From positions 32,001 to 96,000 of the forward strand of contig CAVTWJ010000005.1 of NCBI GenBank assembly GCA_963738405.1: DNA of 64,000 bases, read 5' to 3'. The stretch's first letter is position 1; each line of letters begins with the position of its first letter. This DNA comes from a candidate division FCPU426 bacterium (GTDB lineage: Bacteria > Oederibacteriota > Muellerivitia > Muellerivitales > Muellerivitaceae). Of this stretch, positions 31,428 to 42,269 are shown in pieces. The notes beneath the pieces are model-generated. The model had not been told where the DNA came from. It saw only the letters and a program-made list of their open reading frames with translations, and did no database searches. The translations under genes were made by a program, and so were the position numbers.

Positions 31428-32168
31428 TTAACGATGAATTCGATGGTCTTGAGGCGTGGTTACAACCACACCCAACGCCCGGATAGCTTCCTGAGCCGCC
31501 AGCTGTTCTGCTTCTTTTTTACTTTTGCCGACGCCACGGCCAATGACTTCCCCGGCCACCTTGCAGGCCGCCTCAAAATTGCGGTTGTGGTCTGGGCCCC
31601 ACTCCCTCACCATGTCGTAATGAGGGGCCAATTTCCGGGTTTTTTGAAAATGTTCCTGCAATAAGGTTTTATGGTCTTTCTCAAGCCTGCCGGTAAAAAC
31701 ACCTTCGATATCATCCTTAAGAAGGCCTAAAACAAGTTTCCCAGCTGTCTCTAACCCATGGGTTAGATAAACCGCGCCAATGACCGCCTCTAAAGCGTCA
31801 GCTAAAAGGGAAGGCCGATTTTTACCACCAGTTTTTTCCTCACCTTTCCCCAGCCTTAAAAAGCGCCCCAAGTCGAGTTCCTTAGCCTTGTCCCCCAAAA
31901 CCTGGGCGCTTACGACTACGCTTTTCACTTTAGAGAGTCCGCCCTCGGTCACCTCTGGGAAAGTTTCAAAAACATATTGGGATACAATCAGACCTAAAAC
32001 AGAATCGCCTAAAAATTCTAGTTTTTCATTATTCTTTTGAGAATTCAGTTTTCGTTCATAAGAAAAGGATTTATGGGTCAGCGCTTCATTCAGTAACCCG
32101 TAGTTTCCGGTGGGAATTCCTAATCGTCGTGTCAATTCTTTTAGTTCGACTACCCGGGTCTTTTCCAA
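31428..32168 (-). CDS. rnc: Ribonuclease III
   Basis: ALTHKS, NEKLEFLGDSVL, ADALEA and a dsRBD. Start is TTG 32168 or ATG 32234 (the latter overlaps fabF). Confidence 0.96.
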   Translation of the reverse strand: MEKTRVVELKELTRRLGIPTGNYGLLNEALTHKSFSYERKLNSQKNNEKLEFLGDSVLGLIVSQYVFETFPEVTEGGLSKVKSVVVSAQVLGDKAKELDLGRFLRLGKGEEKTGGKNRPSLLADALEAVIGAVYLTHGLETAGKLVLGLLKDDIEGVFTGRLEKDHKTLLQEHFQKTRKLAPHYDMVREWGPDHNRNFEAACKVAGEVIGRGVGKSKKEAEQLAAQEAIRALGVVVTTPQDHRIHR

Positions 32169-32199
32169 TTCTTCCCCAGACGGCGAAACTCTCTTGGCG

Positions 32200-33444
32200 T
32201 TAGGAATTAAACTTTTTAACAACGAGAGAGACATTGTGGCCCCCGAAGCCCAAGGAATTGGAAAGACAACAGTTTAAAGGCCTCACACGCTTCACGTTGG
32301 GTATGTAATCCAAATCGCATTCCGGATCAGGAGTCTCGAGGTTAATGGTCGGCGGCATAACACCTTGACCAATCGCCATGACACAAGCGATATACTCAAT
32401 TCCGCCAGCGGCCCCCAAAAGATGTCCGGTGGTTGACTTGGTGGAAGAAATAGAAACCTTTTTTGCGTGTTCCTTGAAAACCGATTTAATGGCCATTGTC
32501 TCGAATTTATCGTTATAAGGGGTGGAAGTTCCATGAGCGTTAATGTAATCAACATCTTGTGGAGAAATACCAGCGTCTTTTAGGGCAAGAGCCATCGACC
32601 GGGCAGCCCCGGCACCATCTTCTGCGGGGGTCGTCATATGGTAGGCGTCACAGGTCATACCGTAACCCGCCGCTTCAGCGTAAATGCGGGCCCCTCGGCC
32701 AAGGGCATGATCAAGCGATTCTAAAACCACGACTCCAGCCCCTTCACCCATCACAAATCCCGAACGGTTTTTGTCAAAGGGTCGGCTGGCTTTCATGGGA
32801 TGGTCATTTCCATCCGTGCAAAGGGCGTGCATATTGGAGAACCCTGCATAACCCAATTCGGTGATACAGGCTTCGGTTCCGCCTGCAACCACAATGTCCG
32901 CTTCACCATTTTGAATCCATCTTGTGGCTTCCCCAATCCCATGGGCGCCGGAGGCGCAGGCTGAAACCGTACCGGTATTGGGGCCTTGGGCTTTAAGGTA
33001 AATCGCCACCATTCCAGAGGCCATATTGATGATCATCATTGGAATCAAAAAGGGAGAAACCCTGTCCGGGCCCTTTTCCATCAGCCGGGTATGTTGCTCT
33101 ACCAGAACCGGAAGGCCGCCGATTCCGGACCCAATGAGTACTCCCACCCGGGTCCGATCTTCCGTGGATAAATCCAAGCCCGCATCCTTTACCGCCTGGA
33201 GAGAGGCCGCCACAGCGTATTGGACAAAATAATCCATTTTCTTGATGTCTTTTTTTTCAATCCCAAACTGAACGGGGTCAAAGCCCTTTACTTCCCCGCC
33301 AATACGGCAAGGAACCCGAGAAGCGTCGAATCGGGTTAAGGGGGCAATCCCGCTCTTTCCATCGCAAATATTTCTAAAAAAGTCGATGGGATTGTTTCCG
33401 TTCGGTGTGATGGCACCCAAGCCGGTCACGACGACACGTTTCAA
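32200..33444 (-). CDS. fabF: Beta-ketoacyl-ACP synthase II
   Basis: SACASG, AHGTST, GHLLGAAG and SNSLGFGG. Confidence 0.97.
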   Translation of the reverse strand: MKRVVVTGLGAITPNGNNPIDFFRNICDGKSGIAPLTRFDASRVPCRIGGEVKGFDPVQFGIEKKDIKKMDYFVQYAVAASLQAVKDAGLDLSTEDRTRVGVLIGSGIGGLPVLVEQHTRLMEKGPDRVSPFLIPMMIINMASGMVAIYLKAQGPNTGTVSACASGAHGIGEATRWIQNGEADIVVAGGTEACITELGYAGFSNMHALCTDGNDHPMKASRPFDKNRSGFVMGEGAGVVVLESLDHALGRGARIYAEAAGYGMTCDAYHMTTPAEDGAGAARSMALALKDAGISPQDVDYINAHGTSTPYNDKFETMAIKSVFKEHAKKVSISSTKSTTGHLLGAAGGIEYIACVMAIGQGVMPPTINLETPDPECDLDYIPNVKRVRPLNCCLSNSLGFGGHNVSLVVKKFNS

Positions 33445-33478
33445 GAAATCCTCCTCTTTATCTCAACAACCGTCGAAC

Positions 33479-33715
33479 TTATTCCGAGGCCTTGGACTTG
33501 ATATAGGTAATTGCGTCGCCAACCGATTTAATCTTCTCGGCATCTTCATCGGGTATTTCCAAATCAAACTCTTCCTCAAAGGCCATGACGAGTTCAACTG
33601 TATCGAGCGAATCAGCTCCCAAATCATCCACAAAAGAAGCTTCCGGTTTCACCTGCTCCGCTTCTACGCCCAACTGATCAACAATAATCTCTTTCACCTT
33701 GTCTTCTAAAGCCAT
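33479..33715 (-). CDS. acpP: Acyl carrier protein
   Basis: [15 protein letters not shown] at 33715 after GGAGG. Confidence 0.98.
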   Translation of the reverse strand: MALEDKVKEIIVDQLGVEAEQVKPEASFVDDLGADSLDTVELVMAFEEEFDLEIPDEDAEKIKSVGDAITYIKSKASE

Positions 33716-33793
33716 TGAAACAACCTCCTGATTTGTTATCGGCTTTTCGCCGAACGAAAACCACAACCTAACTCTAGCCGAAAATGCAGTTTC

Positions 33794-34534
33794 TTATATC
33801 ACCATTCCCCCGTCAACGCAAATCACTTGTCCGGTGATGTATCTCGCACCATCTGAAGCTAAGAAAATGACCGCTTGGGCTACATCATCCGTTTCTCCCA
33901 AGCGTCCCAATGGGATTTCTTTGAGAACTGCTTCGGTAGCCTTTTCATTCAACGCTTGAGTCATCTTTGTTTGAATGTAACCTGGGGCCACGGCATTACA
34001 AGTGATGTTTCGGCTTGCGAATTCCCTTGCCGTTGTTTTTGTCAAACCGATCAACCCCGCTTTGCTTGCGGAATAGTTTGCCTGACCCGCGTTTCCCTTA
34101 ATTCCAACAACCGAAGTTATATTTATGATTCGTCCCGATCGCGCTTTCATCATGGGCTTTATAAATTCTTTCGTCATAAGAAAGGCGCTTTTCAAATTCG
34201 TGGAAAGAACCGCGTCCCAATCACTTTCGCTCAAGCGCAAAACCAGATTGTCGCGCGTAATACCCGCGTTATTAACCAAAACATCGGCCTTCCCAAATGT
34301 TTCCAGCACCTTCGCAGCAAAGGCTTCAACTTCAGAAGCTTGAGATACATCCACCCTCAATGTCAGGGCTTTCACACCGCAAGCCAATAGTTCAGCGTTC
34401 GTTTCATCAAGCCCTTCCGGCTTAGAACCACAGATAGCCACCGAAGCCCCGGCCCTGGCAAATTCCAATGCGATTGCTTTGCCAATTCCTCGACTACCGC
34501 CCGTGACTACCGCGACCTTGTCCTTGAAATTCAT
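33794..34534 (-). CDS. fabG: 3-oxoacyl-ACP reductase
   Basis: TGGSRGIG, NNAGITRD and YSASK. Confidence 0.96.
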   Translation of the reverse strand: MNFKDKVAVVTGGSRGIGKAIALEFARAGASVAICGSKPEGLDETNAELLACGVKALTLRVDVSQASEVEAFAAKVLETFGKADVLVNNAGITRDNLVLRLSESDWDAVLSTNLKSAFLMTKEFIKPMMKARSGRIINITSVVGIKGNAGQANYSASKAGLIGLTKTTAREFASRNITCNAVAPGYIQTKMTQALNEKATEAVLKEIPLGRLGETDDVAQAVIFLASDGARYITGQVICVDGGMVI

Positions 34535-35460
34535 AATGCTCCTGTCAAAATTTCAAAAGAAGCGGGATCCCCAACGCTTTGAACCGATGCGTCCTTCAAA
34601 ATTTTTCCAATCAATCCGTTCAAAACCTTGCCCGGGCCCAATTCAACGAAATTTTTAATCCCACGGGAAGAAATAGATTCCACAACCCTTATCCACTGAA
34701 CGGGTTTCAGTAGTTGGCGGACCAGGCTTTCACGAATCGCAAGCGGATCCTTTATTTCGACCGCGTCAATGTCCGAAATATAAGTAATTTTCGGCTCATG
34801 AAATGTCGCCAGCGCTAATGTTTTTTGATACTCATCCGCCGCAGGTTTCATGAGGCTGCTATGAAAGGGTCCGCTGACCGGTAAAACCATAGCCCGTTTG
34901 GCTCCCAGAGCCTTTGCCTTCTCACAGGCTAGAGAAACCGCCCCTAGATCGCCTGAAATCACAATTTGCCCGGGGCAATTGACATTCGCCGGCTCCACAA
35001 TTCCTTTTTCCAATGCTTGGACGCAAGCTTCCCGCACCTTTTCCTCATCCAAACCCAGGATAACCGCCATCGTCCCCCGGCCTTGTCCAGCCGATTCCAT
35101 CAGTTCCCCACGGCGGCGGACCAATCGAAGGGCGTCCTCGAAAGACAAAACCTCGGTTTCAACAAGGGCGCTGTAGGCCCCCAAACTGTGGCCCGCAACG
35201 GTGTTGGGTCTCAAGCCCGCCTTATGGAGCGCCCTGCTAACCGCTACGGAGTGGGTAAGAATCGCGGGTTGAGTATTGGGAGTTTTCTTAAGTTCCTCTT
35301 CCGGCCCCTCGAAACAAAGTCCGGAAATAGAAAACCCAAGGATGGAATCGGCTTGGGCAAACAATTCAGCGCACTCAGGATAGGCATTCGCCAACTCTTT
35401 ACCCATCCCCACAAATTGGGAGCCCTGGCCTGGAAAGACCCACGCGGTTTGGAGCATCAT
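34531..35460 (-). CDS. fabD: Malonyl-CoA:ACP transacylase
   Basis: FPGQGSQ, GHSLG and FHS. Confidence 0.96.
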   Translation of the reverse strand: MMLQTAWVFPGQGSQFVGMGKELANAYPECAELFAQADSILGFSISGLCFEGPEEELKKTPNTQPAILTHSVAVSRALHKAGLRPNTVAGHSLGAYSALVETEVLSFEDALRLVRRRGELMESAGQGRGTMAVILGLDEEKVREACVQALEKGIVEPANVNCPGQIVISGDLGAVSLACEKAKALGAKRAMVLPVSGPFHSSLMKPAADEYQKTLALATFHEPKITYISDIDAVEIKDPLAIRESLVRQLLKPVQWIRVVESISSRGIKNFVELGPGKVLNGLIGKILKDASVQSVGDPASFEILTGAL

Positions 35461-36452
35461 TACCACCTCACCACGCTGGAAGCGAGGGTAGTTCCAGCTC
35501 CAAAAGCCACGAAAACCACGATGTTTCCTTTTTTAATTCGCCCCTCCCCGACCGCATGATCAAGGGCAATCGCCACGGAGGCCGCAGAGGTATTTCCAAC
35601 CTTCTCGATATTGACAAAAAATTTTTCTTCGGGCAATCCCAACCGTTCGGCGATGGCTTGAATAATCCTAAGGTTTGCCTGATGGGGAATAATAATATCC
35701 GCCTGAGTCAGGGTAAGACCGGCTCTTTTGAGACCCTCCAGAACGGCGTCCGCCATCACCTTCACCGCGATTTTGAAAACTTCCCGGCCCTGCATCTTGA
35801 GCGTGTGGAGTTTATCCTTAACCGAGCTTTCGCTGGAGGGAAGACGGCATCCCCCGGCTGGAATTTTCAAAAGATCCGCCTCAAGGCCGTTTGCGCTCAT
35901 AAAAGTGGAGAGGATTTCTTTTTCACCCTCGCCCACTTCGCCCAAAATCACAGCCCCTGCCCCGTCCCCAAAAAGCATACAGGAACCTCGGTCGGTCCAA
36001 TCGATAAAAGCCGTCAATTTTTCTCCACCCACAAGGAGTATTTTTTTAAACTGCCCGGACTGAACAAGGGCCTTGGCGACCGATATTCCGTAAACAAAAC
36101 CTGAACAGGCCGCCGAAATATCAAAAGCCGCTGCGCGGGAAGCACCAAGTTTCGCCTGAACAAAACAAGCGGTTGCCGGAGTAGGCATATCCGGAGAAAT
36201 GGTCGCTACCATAATGAGATCCAAGTCCGCCGGAGAAAGTTTAGCCGCTTCCAAGGCCTTTTTGCCGGCTTCAACCGCCAGATCGGAGGTGAACTGATCG
36301 GGCCTCGCCATGCGTCTTTCCTTGATGCCCGTTCGCGTTATGATCCATTCATCGGTGGTTTCAACCAAATTCTCGATATCTTTATTGGTGATGACTTTTT
36401 CGGGAATATAGGACCCAGTTCCTAAGATGCCAATCCGGCTCAATTCGCTCAC
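35460..36452 (-). CDS. fabH: Beta-ketoacyl-ACP synthase III
   Basis: AACSGF, HQAN and GNTSAAS. Confidence 0.97.
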   Translation of the reverse strand: MSELSRIGILGTGSYIPEKVITNKDIENLVETTDEWIITRTGIKERRMARPDQFTSDLAVEAGKKALEAAKLSPADLDLIMVATISPDMPTPATACFVQAKLGASRAAAFDISAACSGFVYGISVAKALVQSGQFKKILLVGGEKLTAFIDWTDRGSCMLFGDGAGAVILGEVGEGEKEILSTFMSANGLEADLLKIPAGGCRLPSSESSVKDKLHTLKMQGREVFKIAVKVMADAVLEGLKRAGLTLTQADIIIPHQANLRIIQAIAERLGLPEEKFFVNIEKVGNTSAASVAIALDHAVGEGRIKKGNIVVFVAFGAGTTLASSVVRW

Positions 36453-37513
36453 GTTGTTTCTCCCTGGGGCTTTACGTCCAGCTTGTCGTTCACTTGGCCA
36501 AATTGAATAATTTGTTCTTTCAAAACCTGGTTCATATTGCGATTAAGGCATTTTAAGGTGGCTCGGATGGCGTTTTTCATGGTCACGGCGTTGGATTTTC
36601 CATGACTTATAAGGCTGAGCCCGTCGATTCCCAGCAAAGGCGCACCGCCATACTCTTTATAATCCACACTTCGCTTGAAGCGTCGGAAGGCAGGACCGGC
36701 CAGAATCCCCCCTAAAAGCGTAAAGAGATTAGAGCGCATTTCTTTTTTCAACAAGGTAAACACAAGTTCCCCGACGCCTTCAATGGCTTTTAAGGTCACA
36801 TTTCCGACAAAACCATCACAAACCGTAACATCGCAGTTTCCATTGACGATGTCGCGCCCTTCAATATTACCGATATAGTTCAACGGCACTTTTTTAAGGA
36901 GGGCTTGGGTTCCGAACACCAATTCATTGCCCTTGGTTTCTTCCTCGCCGATGGAAAGAAGGCCAACGCGCGGTTCCTTGAAATTCAAAACCGTACGGGC
37001 AAAAACATCACCCATGAGGGCAAATTGAAGAAGGTGTTTGGCTTTGCAATCCACGTTAGCGCCCGCGTCCACTAAAACGGAAACGCCATTGACGCTAGGA
37101 ACCATGGTCACAATAGCTGGCCGATAAACCCCATCCAGACGGCCGCAAGTCATCAGCGCCGAGGCCATGGTGGCTCCCGAATTGCCAGCCGAGCAACAGG
37201 CATCCACTTCTTTTCGCTTTACTAGCTCGTGGCATCGAACAATCGAGGAATCTCTTTTTTGTTTGCAGGCCTGGGCGGGACTTTCATGCATTTCAACGAC
37301 TTCACGGGCGTCAACGATGGAGATGGAGGATTTGGGGTAATCACCAGCTGTGGAAAGTACCTTTTCGATCTCTTCTTTTTTTCCGACCAATACCACTTGA
37401 AGATCGTGTTTGGCCATTTCCATGACTTCAGCGTCTTTGACGGCCATCACCGCACCCAGCACGATTTCTCGCGGGGCGTGATCACCTCCCATGGCATCAA
37501 GGGCGATTTTCAT
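36449..37513 (-). CDS. plsX: Phosphate acyltransferase
   Basis: IALDAMGGDHAP, GEEETKG and DGFVGNV. Confidence 0.97.
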   Translation of the reverse strand: MKIALDAMGGDHAPREIVLGAVMAVKDAEVMEMAKHDLQVVLVGKKEEIEKVLSTAGDYPKSSISIVDAREVVEMHESPAQACKQKRDSSIVRCHELVKRKEVDACCSAGNSGATMASALMTCGRLDGVYRPAIVTMVPSVNGVSVLVDAGANVDCKAKHLLQFALMGDVFARTVLNFKEPRVGLLSIGEEETKGNELVFGTQALLKKVPLNYIGNIEGRDIVNGNCDVTVCDGFVGNVTLKAIEGVGELVFTLLKKEMRSNLFTLLGGILAGPAFRRFKRSVDYKEYGGAPLLGIDGLSLISHGKSNAVTMKNAIRATLKCLNRNMNQVLKEQIIQFGQVNDKLDVKPQGETT

Positions 37514-37528
37514 GAAAGAGGAATCAAC

Positions 37529-37711
37529 TCAGGCGATATCGACGGTGACGACTTCTTTTCCCTTGTAGTAGCCGCAATTAGGGCAAACGCGGTGGGGCAG
37601 CTTCGCGCTCTTGCATTGCGGACACACCGAAAGGGATTTCGTCTTGATCTTCCAATTAGTACGGCGTTTATCGCGGCGCTGGCGGGAATGCCGCCGTTTT
37701 GGGTTAGCCAT
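37529..37711 (-). CDS. rpmF: 50S ribosomal protein bL32 (zinc-ribbon form)
   Basis: MANPKRRHS..CPQC..HRVCPNCGYY. Confidence 0.96.
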   Translation of the reverse strand: MANPKRRHSRQRRDKRRTNWKIKTKSLSVCPQCKSAKLPHRVCPNCGYYKGKEVVTVDIA

Positions 37712-37780
37712 CACATCCTCCGAATCAATGTCAGGCGGGCAAAGCCCGCTTCCCGCTTCGCCCTTAGAGTTTAAAGGGCT

Positions 37781-38305
37781 TTAAGATTTCCAATTTTTAA
37801 GGGCATCCCACCGTGCATCGGGGGGAGGTCCTGAACATTTACATGTTTCTTTATTTAAATCACACCCACAATGACCACAAAGTCCCAGGCAATCCTCCCG
37901 GCATAGGGAACGCATGGGTACGGACAATATAACTGTCTGCCGTATCTGATCCCCAATATCCAGGATTTCACCGTCGAAATAAACGGTTTCCATCTCGCCA
38001 GGATTAAGGGCTTTTTCCGGTTCCTCACCCTGAACAGCCTCAGCGATTGGCCGGTAATGAACCTCAAAAAAAGACTTATATTCTTCTTCAAACCCTTTGA
38101 GACACCGATCACAAATCAACTTTAGCTTGCCTGAGACCCAACCCTTGGCCGATATTTGGCCGCCACCTTTTGATACCTGGCAAAATATTTCGCAGGGTGA
38201 AGCGATGAGACCCGGGTCCAGGTCAATGCCTAGTGATGAGACCAAGCCTTTTTCATGGATTACAGCGTCTTCCCTATCAAGGGCGCGCAACTCAACCGTC
38301 AGCAT
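37781..38305 (-). CDS. YceD/DUF177 family protein
   Basis: CDRCL..LCREDCLGLC..CG..DARW.L, upstream of rpmF. Confidence 0.93.
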   Translation of the reverse strand: MLTVELRALDREDAVIHEKGLVSSLGIDLDPGLIASPCEIFCQVSKGGGQISAKGWVSGKLKLICDRCLKGFEEEYKSFFEVHYRPIAEAVQGEEPEKALNPGEMETVYFDGEILDIGDQIRQTVILSVPMRSLCREDCLGLCGHCGCDLNKETCKCSGPPPDARWDALKNWKS

Positions 38306-38492
38306 CTACCGCGCTCCTCCCCAAAATGCCCCTTCCCAAAGCTTAAGAGCGCTTAAAGCTCAATCCAAATGGGGTGAAAAGGCTGATAAAAGCAAAGGGG
38401 GATTATAAAAATCTGTCTCTTTCAGTGTCAAGAAAATAGCAGAACTTTCAGGCATCTCAAAGGCAGATTTCCCCTTTGGATTTGCCAAGAAA

Positions 38493-39008
38493 TCACCTCA
38501 TGCCGTTTCGTTCACGAAGAGCCTTCTGGACTACCGGAGACACAAAACCGCTGACATCTCCACCCAATTTCGCCACTTCTTTGATGGAACTGGAGGAAAC
38601 GAAAATAAATTTCTCGTTCGGGACTAAAAAAACCACCTCAATGTTGGGATTAAGGGTTCGATTAATAAGCGCCATTTGGAACTCAAACTCAAAATCTGAA
38701 ACAGCTCGCAACCCTCTGAAAATGATCCCGGCTTGAATTTCCCTGGCGTAATCCACCAACAACCCTGTAAAGGAGGAAATGATGACTTTGGGAAAGTGCT
38801 CTGTCGTCTTCTCCAAAAGCTCCACCCTTTTTTCAATCGAAAAAAAGGCGCTTTTGGAGGGGTTGGCTACCACCGCGATATGCAGTTCGTCGCAAAGTTT
38901 CAAGGCCCGGCTCGCGATATCCAAGTGGCCGTTCGTGACAGGATCAAACGATCCCGGATATAAACCCACGACCCTTTGGGGAGCCGTTTTTTTTGCCGCT
39001 GGCGTCAT
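38493..39008 (-). CDS. coaD: Phosphopantetheine adenylyltransferase
   Basis: YPGSFDPVTNGH, RGLR and SSS. Confidence 0.97.
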   Translation of the reverse strand: MTPAAKKTAPQRVVGLYPGSFDPVTNGHLDIASRALKLCDELHIAVVANPSKSAFFSIEKRVELLEKTTEHFPKVIISSFTGLLVDYAREIQAGIIFRGLRAVSDFEFEFQMALINRTLNPNIEVVFLVPNEKFIFVSSSSIKEVAKLGGDVSGFVSPVVQKALRERNGMR

Positions 39009-39583
39009 TTCCCCGCTCCGGATTCGTTATGAAACAGGCTCAACATGGTATCTCCATACTTTTTCTGGCGGACTAAAGCATAAGGAAATTCAGGGTCAAA
39101 GTCGATGTCCTTGGACTCGTGCTCAATGGAAAAGAGACCTCCGGGAACCAGGATAGGATAGGTTTTCAGCATTTTTTGAACCTTTTGGGCTACTCCCTGC
39201 TCATAGGGAGGGTCCGCTAACACTACCTCAAATTGGCTTCCCCTTTGGTGGAGAAAAAAGAAGGCTTTCGAAACCTCCATCGTCAGTAGTTGAATACCCG
39301 ACCCCTGGGCTTTGGCGTCCAGCCCCAGCGCACTAAGGTTTTCCTGGATTAATTTGACGCTGTCGAAAGATTTGTCCACAAAGACCACTTCCGAGGCTCC
39401 TCGACTCAACGCCTCAATCCCCAGGTTTCCTGTCCCCGCGAAAAAATCAACGACCCGGCATCCCTCCAGGGAACCGAGCATGTTGAAAAGCGCGCCCTTC
39501 ACCTTGTCTGAAGTGGGCCGGATCTTCTCGTGGGAGGGGGCCTTGACGGCTCGACTCCGATATTTTCCAGCGATGATTCTCAC
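39005..39583 (-). CDS. rsmD: 16S rRNA m2G966 methyltransferase
   Basis: MRIIAG..RPTSD..DFFAGTG..DPPY. Confidence 0.95.
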   Translation of the reverse strand: MRIIAGKYRSRAVKAPSHEKIRPTSDKVKGALFNMLGSLEGCRVVDFFAGTGNLGIEALSRGASEVVFVDKSFDSVKLIQENLSALGLDAKAQGSGIQLLTMEVSKAFFFLHQRGSQFEVVLADPPYEQGVAQKVQKMLKTYPILVPGGLFSIEHESKDIDFDPEFPYALVRQKKYGDTMLSLFHNESGAGK

Positions 39584-39669
39584 AATCCCACTCTTTCATA
39601 GTAAAAATCTTTGCAAGCGAAAGTCTCGTCCTTCCCTTTCAGTTTAAACTGAATCAATCCATGTCTTCT

Positions 39670-42039
39670 CTAGGATATTTGGGCCAGATCCAACAGCTCC
39701 CGATAACGAACCTCCAGTTTTTCACGCAAAAAAGTTTGGGTGGGCTTTTCAAGCCGGGGATCCTCCGCAAGGATACTTTCCGCCTTTTGGCGGGCCTGAT
39801 CGACTAAATCCCCATCCCTTTTTAGATCGATCAAGCCTCCCTCCCGACGGCCTGACTGGGCCAAACCGAAAATATCCCCCGGCCCCCTCATCTTCAAGTC
39901 CATTTCCGAAAGCTTGAACCCGTCCAGGGTGGAAACCATGGTTTTCATGCGAAGAATCGCATCCGAGGAAATGACGGGGGAGGTTAGAAGGTAACAATAA
40001 GAAGCTTGCTCGCCCCTCCCCACCCGGCCCCGCAGTTGGTGCAATTGGGCCAAACCGAAACGCTCGGCGTGTTCCACCACCATCACTGTGGCGTTGGCGA
40101 TATCCAGCCCCACCTCCACAACCGTGGTCGAAACCAGTATCTGAATCCCCTTCTCCAAAAACTTACCCATCACCTCGTCTTTTTCCTCTTTTTTCATCCG
40201 GCCGTGCAAGAGGCCCAATTTGAACCCATGAAAGGTCTCGCGCCTGAAGAATTCATACATCTGGGTGGCTGATTTGAGAAAATTTTTAGATTCCTCCACC
40301 ACGGGGTAAACAATGAAAGCCTGCTCTCCCTTTAAGACCCTTTCCCTCACCTTCTGATAAACCTCGTTTTTCTGGGACTCCATACGCCAGAAAGTCTGTA
40401 TCGGCTTACGGCCCTTCGGGAACTCATCCAAAAGAGAAAGATCCGTGTCCCCGTATTCGGTCAAAACCAGCGCCCGGGGAAAGGGCGTGGCAGTCATCAT
40501 CAGCGCGTCGGGCCATCGGCCCTTCTCCTCCAGCCCCGCCCGCTGTAATACACCGAACTTATGCCGCTCATCGATCACCATAAACCCCAGATTGGAAAAC
40601 TGAACCTTTTTCTCCAAGAGGGCGTGAGTGCCCACTGCCACGTCCGCCCCACCCTTTCGAAGCGCCTCCAGTACCGTCCTTTTTTCCCCGGCTTTCATGT
40701 CGCTGGTTAAAAGCACGGTCCGCAGACCCTCCGACCGGAGAATCTTTTCAAGAAAACGAAAATGTTGCTGGGCCAATATTTCGGTCGGAGCCATTAGGGC
40801 GCTTTGAACGCCCGAGTCGGCGGCGTAGAGAAACGAAATGGCAGCCACTAGGGTTTTACCGCTACCCACATCCCCCTGCAAAAGCCGGTTCATGGGAAAG
40901 GGTTGGGCCAAGTCTTCCCGAATTTCCTTGAGGACTCTCTTCTGCGCCGTCGTCAGCTGGTAAGGAATGGTTTTTCGAAAGGCCTTCACCCGGGGGCCGT
41001 CCAATTGATAGGCCCTTCCCTTCTGCCGCCGTTCAATTTCCCGGCGCTTCAACAAGAGATAGGTTTGAAGGGTCAGGAACTCTTCAAAAGCCAGGCTTTG
41101 GCGGCCCTGTTCAAAATCCTCTAGACTCTTCGGCCGATGGAGCTGTTGAAGGGACTGGCGCAAGGGAACGCCTTCCGACGTCAGGGCCTGGTCCAAAAAA
41201 TCCGCCCCCAATTCAAAAACCTTTTCCATCAGGGTCCGCCAAAAACTTTGGTCCAGGGTGGGGGTCGAGGGATAAAACACCAGTGGCTTCCCCTCCCGCA
41301 GGGACTTTACTTCTCCCTCATCCAGAAACTCATGGGTCCCAGCCCGACCCACAATTTGCCTTCCCCAGGGGGTCACCTGGGCCTTGTCGTGCAGAAGAAC
41401 CCAGCGGCCGTTCTCGATTTCCTTTTTAAGATAAGGCCTATTAAACCAAACCCAAGTCAGCCGGCCCGAAGCATCTTGTAGATTCACCTTCAGGACTTCC
41501 TGTTTGCCCTTACGGGATTGCGAAATCCCGTTGATTTGGGCCAGAAAAAAAGCCGCTTCCTCAGCCGTTCCCTTCGCCAAAGGAACTAGAAGAGTGTGGT
41601 CGACAGCCCATTTGGGCGTGAAATAAAACAGATCTTCCATCGTCTTGAGACCCAACAAACGAAAGGCCCTCTGCTTGGAAGCGGGAATCAGGTCCTGGAG
41701 CGGGAGTGTCGGGTGCCGGGTTGGCGCAGGCATCGCTTTTAACGACTTTATCTTCTCCAGCCACTCGGGCAGATCCCGAAGGGCGTTTTGAACCAGTCTT
41801 TGTCTCTGGTTTTTTTCCAACGAAAGATATTTTGAAAAATCACTAGAAAGGGCCGAAAGCCCTTCGCCGATCTCAGGCATTTGCTTGAACAGGGGGCCGT
41901 TTTCCATCATCCAACGGTCGATGGCCTCCATCAGGAACTTATCTGCCCCTCCCACCACCGACCGGTTGGTGAAACCCTGACGTTCCTCCAGTTTTAAGGG
42001 GTGAATCCATTTCAGGAAGGGATGAAGCGGTGCAGGCAT
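39670..42039 (-). CDS. recG: ATP-dependent DNA helicase RecG
   Basis: RLLQGDVGSGKT, DERH, QLHQLRGRVGRG and RGPG; N-terminal extension. Confidence 0.96.
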   Translation of the reverse strand: MPAPLHPFLKWIHPLKLEERQGFTNRSVVGGADKFLMEAIDRWMMENGPLFKQMPEIGEGLSALSSDFSKYLSLEKNQRQRLVQNALRDLPEWLEKIKSLKAMPAPTRHPTLPLQDLIPASKQRAFRLLGLKTMEDLFYFTPKWAVDHTLLVPLAKGTAEEAAFFLAQINGISQSRKGKQEVLKVNLQDASGRLTWVWFNRPYLKKEIENGRWVLLHDKAQVTPWGRQIVGRAGTHEFLDEGEVKSLREGKPLVFYPSTPTLDQSFWRTLMEKVFELGADFLDQALTSEGVPLRQSLQQLHRPKSLEDFEQGRQSLAFEEFLTLQTYLLLKRREIERRQKGRAYQLDGPRVKAFRKTIPYQLTTAQKRVLKEIREDLAQPFPMNRLLQGDVGSGKTLVAAISFLYAADSGVQSALMAPTEILAQQHFRFLEKILRSEGLRTVLLTSDMKAGEKRTVLEALRKGGADVAVGTHALLEKKVQFSNLGFMVIDERHKFGVLQRAGLEEKGRWPDALMMTATPFPRALVLTEYGDTDLSLLDEFPKGRKPIQTFWRMESQKNEVYQKVRERVLKGEQAFIVYPVVEESKNFLKSATQMYEFFRRETFHGFKLGLLHGRMKKEEKDEVMGKFLEKGIQILVSTTVVEVGLDIANATVMVVEHAERFGLAQLHQLRGRVGRGEQASYCYLLTSPVISSDAILRMKTMVSTLDGFKLSEMDLKMRGPGDIFGLAQSGRREGGLIDLKRDGDLVDQARQKAESILAEDPRLEKPTQTFLREKLEVRYRELLDLAQIS

Positions 42040-42269
42040 GGTTCCTCTTATGGCTAATAACAGCTAGACCCATAACAATAAGTCCGAAACAAAGGTAAAA
42101 CCCCAAAAAAACTTGTTATTCTTGAAAATCTTTGCTTATAATGCGCGTTCTTGGTTGGACCCCCAAAGCAGTTCCATTCCGCTTTTGATGTCCCGCCGAA
42201 TCGAGATTCCTAGGAATCCAAAGGCCCTTTTCGAAAGGGTCAACCGTTATGGACGAGGAGAAGGTCACA

